A stretch of 50,888 bases of DNA, counting the filler, from Dendrobates tinctorius (taxonomy: Eukaryota): assembly GCF_039654945.1 (NCBI RefSeq). It is 4 parts of 4 records of this genome, joined end to end, with 100 filler letters (N's around TTAATTAATTAA, not from the genome) between each part and the next. Parts side by side here need not be neighbours in the genome. Positions count along the whole stretch, not along the records: positions 1 to 12,667 come from NW_027361881.1; positions 12,768 to 24,212 come from NW_027361819.1; 2 more parts are not named here. One strand, written 5' to 3'. The position numbers and the translations under genes are program-made. Shown piece by piece: positions 12,644-21,740 of this stretch. Numbering within the stretch: the stretch's first letter is position 1; each line of letters starts with the position of its first letter. The notes under the pieces were generated by a model. It was not told the origin of the DNA, made no database searches, and saw only the letters and a list, made by a program, of their open reading frames with translations.

Positions 12644-12667
12644 CTGAAGAACAACAGAAATGGAACA

Positions 12668-12767
12668 NNNNNNNNNNNNNNNNNNNNNNNNNNNNNNNNN
12701 NNNNNNNNNNNTTAATTAATTAANNNNNNNNNNNNNNNNNNNNNNNNNNNNNNNNNNNNNNNNNNNN
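12668..12767. other. Assembly gap with artificial TTAATTAATTAA spacer
   Basis: 44 N + TTAATTAATTAA + 44 N. Confidence 0.97.
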
Positions 12768-12817
12768 GAGTTGGAGTCCCGGGGAGACCCGATCCCAGGA
12801 AAGGAGAACAAGTGTTA

Positions 12818-12994
12818 GGCCGGGGTCACGCTTGCGAGAAACTCGCACGACTCTGGCGTCTCAATAACCACCACTGCCACCGGCACTCGGACCGGAGCAC
12901 TCAGCTGCATAGAAATACATGTAGCCGTACTCTCCCGGTCCCGAGTGCCAGGTATTGAGACTCGTTCGAGTTTCTCGCAAGTGTGACCCCGGCC
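12818..12994. mobile_element. Harbinger/Tourist-type MITE
   Basis: TIRs GGCCGGGGTCAC(G)CTTGCGAGAAACTCG and CGAGTTTCTCGCAAGTGTGACCCCGGCC; TTA on both sides as TSD. Confidence 0.88.
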
Positions 12995-13289
12995 TTAATG
13001 TTATAATATAATTTACATCAGTGCAGTGAGATTATACCCCCCATCCCGATGAGGAGGAGCTACATAGCAATTTCAACAATGGGAAGAGGGTGAGTAATAG
13101 AAGCGGGGACAAAAGCCCAGACATGGTGGGACTAAGCGGCCAAATCGTGACAGTCCCGCTGAATCCGGTACGGTTGGGAGCTATGTTGTTGCGCATTACA
13201 AACACCCGGGGCCGGTATTTCTCATTTTTGTCTCTTCTATTCAGCATTGAACGTTCCCGTAGCAGTTTTGCACCTTTGTCTCATTATTG

Positions 13290-13450
13290 GGCCATGTTCA
13301 GTATTTGGTCAGTATTTTACATCAGTATTTGTAGCCACAATCAGGAATAGAAAAGTCTAATAGAAACTCGTCACCACTTCTGGATTTATCACCCACTCCT
13401 GGTTTTGGCCACAAATACTGATGTAAAATACTGACCGTGTGAACGAGGCC
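13290..13450. mobile_element. Harbinger-type MITE (uninterrupted copy)
   Basis: GGCC termini; GGTCAGTATTTTACATCAGTATTTGT pairs with ACAAATACTGATGTAAAATACTGACC; a related copy lies at 15224-16032. Confidence 0.8.
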
Positions 13451-14426
13451 TTAGGGTGAACATAAATTGGTTGTAAATGAAGGTAATAAATGTTTTGATT
13501 CCGGTATTTCTATCACCATAGCAAGTTATAAAGGGGCAGCAGCCGATTATTGCGAAGTAACAGATAAAACCTAAGATGGAAACAACATGAACATATCCGC
13601 TGCTATAAGTAAGTAAAAAGCAATAATGCAAATAAATAACACGGGGGCTCGGTAATCAGTGTTATTGATGACACCAGCGACAAGGTGCAACCAGTCGGGA
13701 CGGTCCTAACTTCTAGTATTAACACCTTACATGTGTCAGAAATGACCTCAGTGTGAATAAGGACTAAGCAGGACTGGGGCCTGAATATGGACCCCACAGT
13801 GATGGGACGCTGCAGAAACGTAATGTCCAGCTCAAAGAAAGGAGGCCGCACCTTTATCTGTACAAGAACCTAAAACAAAACTGAAAAAAGTGATCTGAAG
13901 TGTACGGCTGAGCGCTACGTATAATGGTCAGTGTGAACACGCACCTACATGTTGCCTCTATACCAACTTATACTGCAGCTCATTTCTTTTGGGTTTTATA
14001 GTGAAGTAACAAACTAACTCCACTGATAGAGAACGTAAAGGGGTTGTCCAGGATTGGGCCACATTCACACGATGAGATTTTGGTGCGTTTTTTCCGCCGC
14101 TTATTTTTGCATGGTCTTCCAGCTCTGGGATGGGATTTATAGAAATCTGCTGCTTGCTGAGCTTTTCTTCACTCAGAGTAAACTGTCTGTGGGGCGAGTG
14201 TGAAGTCCGCACATGTCAGTCTCTCTCGCGGGTACGCTGAGCTTTCTGTGCGGATTTTCCCCATAGACTTACATTAGATGCAGAAAATCCGCAGGTAAAA
14301 AATACACGTTCTCAGAGCGATTCTGGGGAGGAAACTCAACAAAAGTCCAAGTATTCCGCGCCTAAGTGTATCAATAAAGTTTTGTCAAATACCAGGAAGT
14401 ATAAAATCAAAAGCAGTTTTATTTAA

Positions 14427-15144
14427 CCCCTTAGCAACCGCCAATACTCTTTAAAAAGACGGCCGCTAGCGGTACTTATTCCCTTATTGCCATTATAAAA
14501 CAGAGATCGGGAATAAAGCTGGAGCACCCCCAGCCTCCGGGATAACAGAGACCCCGGAGAACATGATCAGGGCCGGATTTTCAGTGACTAACGGCGAATA
14601 CACCTGTCAGAGGAGAGAGAAATGATGACTCACCATGATCACTGCCGTCCCCAGGTCCTCCTGATCCGTCCCCCGGCCCGGTGTCTCCTTTCTGGGATAA
14701 ACAGTCGGGCACATGCACAGAGCGCCCGCCCAGATCTGCCGGCCGGTACCTGGCAAGAATAGGAAACTTCTGTTGGTTCCTTTTGATCAGTGTGATAGAC
14801 TCCATCATAGTGATCAAAATAAAAAATAGTAAATCAAACCCCCCTTTATCTCCCCCTTAGTTACATACAAATTATAAAATATATATTTATATATATTGTT
14901 TTCCGTTCTTTGCAGTTGGGGTTAGGTTTAGCGTTGGGGCGATGGTTAGTTTTTTTCCACAAATAAATGCAAGTCATATGGAAGAAATGTTACCACTGTC
15001 ATGAAGTCCAATATGTCACGAGAAAACAGTCTCAGAATCACCGGGATCTATTGAAGCGTTCCAGAGTTACGTCCTCATAAAGGGACAGTGGTCAGAATTG
15101 TAAAAATTGGCCCGGTCATGAAGGTCAAAACTGGTTCTAAGGGG
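14427..15144. mobile_element. piggyBac-type non-autonomous element
   Basis: TTAA-CCCCTTAG ... CTAAGGGG-TTAA: TTAA TSD with CCC/GGG termini. Confidence 0.75.
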
Positions 15145-15299
15145 TTAAAGCATGACAGAGCAAAAAGAAACAAAAACTGTAGCATCAAAAACGTGATAAA
15201 AACGCATGTAAGAAAAACACAAATGTCAGTATTTGGTCAGTATTTTACATCAGTGTTTGTAGCCAAAACAGGAGGGGAACAATCAGAGGAAAAGTCTAA

Positions 15300-15549
15300 G
15301 GCCGGAGTCACACTAACCTGCGCAAAATACGGTCAGTATTTTACATGCGTAATACGGATGACAGACCCCTAAACAGTGCTCCGTATGTCATCCGTAATCA
15401 AGGTGTGGTCGCGTATTTTGCGCATATCAGCATCCGTATGTAATCCGTATGGAGAGATTTTCTCGCAGGCTTGCAAAATGGACATATAATGGAGCCCTAT
15501 GACAGTTTTAATAAAGAAATGAAAGAATAGATATAGACACATAGAATGC

Positions 15550-15585
<36 letters not shown>

Positions 15586-15941
15586 TCTATGTGTCTATAT
15601 CTATTCTTTCGTTTCTTTATTAAACCTGTCAGTGTCAGTTTACTGTATAGCGCACTGAATTGCCGGCTTTGCTAAAAGACACCGGGTGCGTATTTCTCGC
15701 TGGTCACATGTGTGTTCTGTGTGTAATCCGTATTTTTTGCGCACCCATAGACTTGCATTGGCGTATTATGGCCGTAATACGCTGACAGTCCGAGCATGCT
15801 GCAATTGGCACGGAGCGTAGAATACGGATGAGAAATATACAGTTGGTGCGAGGGACCCCATAGAGAATCATTGGTCCGTGTGTAATGCGTGCTTTTAGCG
15901 CCTCTCACTCGGCCGTATTCCTTGCCAGTGTGACCCCGGCC
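15300..15941. mobile_element. Harbinger-type MITE with TAA TSD and a central hairpin around (TA)n
   Basis: TAA-GGCCGGAGTCACACT ... AGTGTGACCCCGGCC-TAA. An internal near-perfect palindrome spans about 15501-15630. Confidence 0.9.
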
Positions 15942-16573
15942 TAATAGAATCACGTCCCCACTTCTGGATTTATCACACTTCTGGATTTGGCTACAAACAC
16001 TGATGTAAAATACTGACCGTGTGAATGTGGCCTTAGACCGCAGACTTGTGAACCCTGCACTGCGCGCTGTCAGGATTTCCCAGTGCCGGGAGCAGACATT
16101 CATGTGACCGCTCTACGCCATTTACCTATTTCCGGACACTTTCCGACTAGACGTGCGCAGAGTAACTCAGGTCACGTTTATTGAGCGAGACCTCGCAGGT
16201 GACCGCATATGTATGCAAATCACATACTTGGAGTCACATGACCACCTTCTCCCGGCACCGGGTAATCCTGACAGCGCGCAGTGTACATTGAGCGACTAAA
16301 AGCCCGGACAGCCTCTTCATCTTCTTATGTAGATGGAGTCTATACACAGACGGGAGTAAAGTATACAGATGCCGTAATGATCCTTGTGTGACTGGCTCAC
16401 ACTTGTAGGTGGACGTTCTCCTGTTGTCACAAAGGGGTTTTCTCCAGGTGGGAGATTACACCATCGCGTCCGAGGAGAAGCGAGGAGCGCCGGTGCACAA
16501 TGTCAGGAGTAATAAGGAGGGGAATCGATATATTCATCTTGTTTTTGGGAAATAACACGTCTTCCATCTCTAA

Positions 16574-17165
16574 GACCTCATTTACACGTCAGTTTTCCAC
16601 GTCAGTGTTTTATCCGTGGTTTTCTTGAATAGTCCCTGTACCTATTATCGTTTGTGGACCTGTATGATTTTGCTCCGAGTCACAGATCACTATCACCCAC
16701 ACAAGTGTCAATGAAAATCTTGGACCAAACACGGACGACATCGGAGCGATTAACCCTGCAATAGACAGAAGGAGCCGTGCAATGTAATTATTCATGTCAC
16801 ATAGGACATCACTTATGGAGCCTGATGGAGAAACTGACACTGATCGAACACTGATGAAAGTCAGATCCAAAATACTGTGCAATAGAAGAGAAAGCCGGAG
16901 GCTCCATGGTGAAGTCCTGGTGATAAGAAGCAGTGAAGAATGAGGGAATCTTCCCCCCTGTGGAGGTGTGCAGGTCAGGCACAATCTGATGGGAGTAGTA
17001 GTGAGGTGGTTGTCCTTGTCTAGACGACTGCTCCACCCGCTACATGAAAATCACTCGTGAAGCCAAATGGTAAAAACTGACACTGACTGAACACTGATGA
17101 AAATCGGATCCAGAATACTGTGAACAGCAGTCCATGTTTTCACGATAAATATCACTGATATCTGA
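16574..17165. mobile_element. Degraded MITE-like element with an internal ~48-bp direct repeat
   Basis: The left end (CACGTCAGTGTTTT) is complementary to AACACTGATG motifs. Direct repeat at 16831-16879 and 17074-17122. Confidence 0.45.
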
Positions 17166-17498
17166 GTCCATCATCAACCAAATACAGCGACCATCTGCTG
17201 GACTTTAGATTTCTACATGGGGCGGAAGAGGTGGAGATGAATTTCACTTCACCCATCTCAACATTTGTGAGGGTCTCCTGTTTCTATGAAATAAAGTCTC
17301 GTGAGTTCTCTGCTTACATCTATCTGATCCTGGTGGAGGATCCTCTTTATAATACGAACAGGTGGAGTCACTCCAACTCCTATTCCTACACCAGATCCTC
17401 ATGACTGATCGTTAACTGCTGTCTCCATAAGTGTTAATCAGAAGTAAGCACAACCATAGGGATGTGGAGGTTAATTATTTTCCGAAACCCTCCACCCT

Positions 17499-17507
17499 TA
17501 TATAAGG
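17499..17507 (+). promoter_or_regulatory. Candidate TATA box of the TRIM gene
   Basis: TATATAAGG about 45 bp upstream of the ATG. Confidence 0.4.
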
Positions 17508-17546
17508 AAACTTTTTAGCTTTAGGTTCTTGCTCTTTCCCACAACA

Positions 17547-19109
17547 ATGGCCTCTGCAGAGCTGAGGGATGAGCTGAACTGCTCCATCTGCCTGAGCCTC
17601 TACACAGATCCCGTATCCCTGAGATGTGGACACAACTTCTGCCGCTCGTGTATTGTGAGTGTGCTGGATGCACAGGAGGCAGCTGGAGGGTATTCCTGTC
17701 CTGACTGCAGAGCGGAATATCCGGAGCGTCCTGCCCTGGGAAAGAACCTGAAGTTGGAGAACATAGTGGAGCGTTTCTCATCTACTCAGCCTGATATGGA
17801 GACCAGGATCTTCTGTATTTATTGTACAAAGTCTCCTGTACCGGCTGTGAAATCCAGTCTGCAGTGTGAAACCTCCCTATGTGATGACCACCTGACAGCC
17901 CACAATAAGACAGCGGATCATATATTAACTGAACCCACCACCTTTTTTGCCAACAAAAAATGTTCCCACCACAAGAAGGTTCTGGAGTATTACTGCCCGC
18001 AGGACGCGGCTTGTCTGTGTGTGTCTTGCTGTCTAATTGGCAAACACCGAGGACACCAGGTGGAACTTCTAGATGAGGCTTCTGAGAAGAAGAAAAAGGA
18101 ACTGATGGAATATCACAGTGAACTAAATCCAAAAAAAGCAGAAATTCAGACAAGAGTCCAGAATCTGCAATATCATAAGTGGAAGATCCAGGAGAAAGCC
18201 TCCGATGAGAGGAAGAATGTCAGGAAGATATTCAAGGCCATTAGGAAGCAACTGAAAATGACAGAAAAGAAAGCTCTGAGTGAGGTCACCAGGCAGGAGG
18301 AGAAGATTGTGTCCCAGATATCTGATCTGATCAAGAAGCTGGAAATACAGGAGGAAGAGCTGTCCAGGAAGATGCGTCACGTGGAGGAGATGTGTCGTGT
18401 CACCGACCCAATAAGACTGTTAAAAGAAAGTGACATTACAGTATGTAGTCATGGAGGTGATGAGGACACAGGAGTAGATGGTGGAGAGGTCAGATCTGAG
18501 GAGGATCTGGATGAGGTTCTGATCTCACTGACCTTACACCGATCTATGAGGGATATTGTCACCAATGTAACATCAGAGCTCGGGGTCCATGTCCCAGACA
18601 TATTGCTGGATGTGGACACTGCTCATAGAAGGGTGAAGATATCAGAAGATCTGAAAACGGCAACAGAATCAGGACTACAGGAGAAACCAAAATTCCCAGG
18701 AACATTTGTGAATTTCTTCCAGGTGTTAAGCAGATGTGGCTTCTCCTCAGGGCGACAATACTGGGAGGTAGAATGGGACAAGATAGGAGACTGTGCCATC
18801 GGATTGTCCTATCCCAGTATAGAGAGGAAAGGAATACAGTCTGTTATAGGATATAATGATAAATCTTGGTGTCTGGGTATGTATGAAGGAGAATATAAAG
18901 TATGGCACAACTCAGATGTATTAACCCTCAGTGTAAAGCCAACATGTCCGACAGTTGGAGTCTTCTTAGACTATGAGGCCGGGTGTCTGTCCTTCTATGA
19001 GCTGTGTGACCCCATCAGACACTTACACACCTTCACCACCTCCTTCACTGAACCCCTACATGTTATCATTTATGTGTATAATGGGGCCTCTGTTACAATA
19101 AGAAGCTGA
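17547..19109 (+). CDS. Intronless tripartite-motif E3 ubiquitin ligase (RING, B-box 1, B-box 2, coiled coil, PRY/SPRY); class IV, TRIM39/TRIM25/finTRIM-like, 520 aa
   Basis: ACAATGG Kozak context. RING: MASAELRDELNCSIC...CGHNFCRSC...CPDC. B-box 2: CSHH...C...CLCVSC...HRGH. PRY/SPRY: LDVDTAH, SSGRQYWEVEW, VGVFLDYEAG, LSFY. The ORF is uninterrupted. Confidence 0.95.
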   Translation: MASAELRDELNCSICLSLYTDPVSLRCGHNFCRSCIVSVLDAQEAAGGYSCPDCRAEYPERPALGKNLKLENIVERFSSTQPDMETRIFCIYCTKSPVPAVKSSLQCETSLCDDHLTAHNKTADHILTEPTTFFANKKCSHHKKVLEYYCPQDAACLCVSCCLIGKHRGHQVELLDEASEKKKKELMEYHSELNPKKAEIQTRVQNLQYHKWKIQEKASDERKNVRKIFKAIRKQLKMTEKKALSEVTRQEEKIVSQISDLIKKLEIQEEELSRKMRHVEEMCRVTDPIRLLKESDITVCSHGGDEDTGVDGGEVRSEEDLDEVLISLTLHRSMRDIVTNVTSELGVHVPDILLDVDTAHRRVKISEDLKTATESGLQEKPKFPGTFVNFFQVLSRCGFSSGRQYWEVEWDKIGDCAIGLSYPSIERKGIQSVIGYNDKSWCLGMYEGEYKVWHNSDVLTLSVKPTCPTVGVFLDYEAGCLSFYELCDPIRHLHTFTTSFTEPLHVIIYVYNGASVTIRS

Positions 19110-19246
19110 GGCTGAGATTAAATATTAATGGGTGAATTGTCCTGAGACTGGTAGTTGTTATTCAGTAAAGGGTTAATCCTATCTGATACAGTGCTGGTAT
19201 ATAGCTGGGATATGTCAGCACTCTGACTCCCGGGACCCCCACCGAT

Positions 19247-19437
19247 CCTGAGAATAAAGGGGCTGCAGCATTAGTTCAGCCTCCTGCACATCGGAGCTCT
19301 GGACTCCCCCGGTGCAGGAGCTGCAGTAGGGCCGCAGTGGATGGGGGGCACATCGGGGGTCCGGAGCGCCGCTGTGCAGGGTAAACAAGGAGGGGACGCA
19401 GCACTAAATCAGCTCTGTGGCCCCTTCATTCTCAGGG
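19247..19437. repeat. Inverted repeat (MITE remnant) just downstream of the TRIM gene
   Basis: CCTGAGAATAAAGGGGCTGCAG pairs with CTGTGGCCCCTTCATTCTCAGG. Confidence 0.6.
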
Positions 19438-19581
19438 TCTGTGACATATGGAAAGTATAGACCATAAATATATAAAAGGTACAAATTCTACGTACAGGAC
19501 TCACCTCCACCAATCAGCTCTTCGTCTGTGGCCCTTGAGGAGTTTCTATTGTATTTTTGGTGAATAATAAATGCAGCGTCT

Positions 19582-20364
19582 TGGACTATGTTCACACAGT
19601 GGGTTTTTTTCCACAGGCATAATCTGCTCTCCTGGCAGTAATAAAATTGCTTAAAAATCAGGTCTTGCTTAGTTTTTGTTGCTTTTTTTCCTGTGTTTTT
19701 GTACATTTGTCTCTTGTGCATGCTGATAAAGTTTAGTGCATACATTTTTTATTTCGGCTTTGTGCTCACGTTGCGTTTTTTTGTAAGCGTTTTTGAAGCG
19801 TTTGTGCTGGATCAGACGCTGCAGAAACGCTTAAAAGAAGCATCCCATTAATTTAAATGCTTTTTGGCCTTTTGTGCCAATTGATGTTTTTTTTCCGCAA
19901 AGGAAACGCTTAGCAGCTAAAACCGCAGCATGTTCATTATTTTCCGCTTCTGTCCTTGTTTTTAGCTGGTTCCTAGGAGTCCAGAAGTCACGCAGAAAAA
20001 AAACACATCAAAAACGCGCAGAAAAAACCCCGCGCCTTTTCTGGGAAGAAGTCCGGTCTTGTATCAGTTAATAAACGCTGACGTGGGCACATAGCCTCAA
20101 ACCTCATCAGATTTTACCACCAAAACCTGATCCCTGCGTCTTTTCAGCGTTTTTGCACCACCCATTGCTTTCTATTGGTGAAAAACACTGGAAAATGCTG
20201 AGACGTGACCGGCTGCATCCTGCAAAATCCGAGGTATTCCACAAAACACTGAGGACACAGACCGAGCCGTGTGCAGGAGAATTCTCACATCTCATAGACT
20301 TTGATGGGACAGTAAAAGCTAAAATTTGCATAAAAAATTAAGAAAACATAATGTGAACAAAGCC
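19582..20364. mobile_element. Nested Harbinger-type MITEs (inner element 19756-20096)
   Basis: Inner TIRs GGCTTTGTGCTCACGT and ACGTGGGCACATAGCC. Outer ends CTATGTTCACA and TGTGAACAAAGCC-TTA. Confidence 0.6.
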
Positions 20365-20789
20365 TTACAGTTATAGCAAAGTGGATGAGATTTATGGAGA
20401 TTTCTTCCCCTCTGTGCTTCTTTTCTATGCAGAGTAATCTGCCCGTATCCACACTGTGAAGTCCTGGTGCTAAGAAACAGGGAAGAATGAGGGACTCTGC
20501 CCCCTGGTGGAGGTGTGCAGGGCAGGCACAATCTGATGGGAGTAGTAGTGAGGTGGTCGTCCTCGTGTAGACGGCTGCTCCACCTGTGATAGCTGACTTA
20601 TTAACACATTGGTGAGGCAAAAAATGAGAAAAAAATACGTTTTATATGGAAAATGAACCAATGCCGGCATAATATCATCATAACGGAGGCTCGGACTTCA
20701 CTACATGAGGTGATGAGATAAAATAGAAATTCAGCCATATTCTCAGTAGTTTTAGCATTTTTCTCATCTAATCTCCTGTCCTTTTCTTT

Positions 20790-21720
20790 TTACTACATTC
20801 CTTCTGAAACGTCCGTCTGATCTTCCTCTAGTCGACAGTAAGGATATCTTCAGGGCAGCCAGAAACCTCTCTCTGCAGGTGACATGCCATGTATTAAAGT
20901 CCACATCTAAAATTCTGATCTTTATGATCCCCCGATACTGACCTATGGGACAACCACGACCAAATTGTGCAAAGCTGATAATATCCACATTTCTAAGTAA
21001 TATGTATGATGCAATCTTGTCTGTAGGATCTTGTGTGATTGTAAGATCTAGAAATGAGAGAGAATAGGTCGGATTAAACACCAGACCTCCCGGGGTCAAT
21101 GTCAATCACGGAACACAACATTCAGCTTCATGAACAGTAACTGAGCAAATGAGAAATAAATCATCAATAAAAGGTTTATAGAAAGAGATGTGACCCATCA
21201 GTAGAATGAAGGAAGCGATGAAGAGGGATTAGAAATGACCCAGTAACAAGTTTACATAACCGGGCGTGAAACGAGACCCCATCGCACAACCCCTCGTCTG
21301 CCGGTAGGTCACATCCCCAAAGGAAAAATAATTGTGGTTGTAAATATATCTAATACCCTGGATCACAACCCCAATCTGATCCCGGGAAAGTTCTGTTATT
21401 GTACAAATATATTTCTATGTCTTCTCCACCCAAATTAGGCTGAATATTAGAGTCTAAAGAAATTACATCTAAAGTGAAAATTACACAGTGAGATGGTTCA
21501 GATGTGACCGAATTCATCTATAAGATGGGAAGAATCCTGTGAAAGCGATGGTGATTGTGAAAGAAAGGACGGAAGAAATAAATCGGTGTAGTGGGATAAA
21601 TTCCAAGTGATTGACCCGATCCCCGAAATGATGGGACGTCTGGGGATTATTAATATCTGTATGCAGGTTTGGCAAATAATAACAATGAGGTATTTGTATA
21701 GTTCTTTATTAATAACAAAT
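20790..21720 (-). mobile_element. Decayed Penelope-like retroelement reverse transcriptase fragment
   Basis: Manual minus-strand translation gives, in the expected order: YYLPNLH..NNP/RPIISGIG, HNYFSFGDVTYRQTRGCAMGSRFTPGYVNL, FYKPFIDDLFLI, SFLDLTI, PIGQYR. Multiple frameshifts and stops. Confidence 0.85.
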
Positions 21721-21740
21721 CTCTTTGTCTTTTATTTAGA

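Larger units (their letters stand above)
14057..16032. mobile_element. Harbinger-type composite MITE
   Basis: Perfect 15-bp TIRs GGCCACATTCACACG and CGTGTGAATGTGGCC; flanks TTG and TTA. Confidence 0.7.
14039..16316. mobile_element. T2/Kolobok-type MITE disrupted by nested insertions
   Basis: Left end AGGGGTTGTCC at 14039 and right end GGACAGCCTCT at 16306-16316. The body at 16036-16300 resembles the copy at 47298-47601. Confidence 0.6.

Noticed and set aside
11743-12654. Domesticated HARBI1 gene
   Set aside because: Premature stop and a paired MADF gene in transposon configuration indicate a transposon copy.
14918-14950. Telomere-like GGGTTAGG motifs
   Set aside because: Few degenerate units inside a piggyBac-type element; not an interstitial telomere array.
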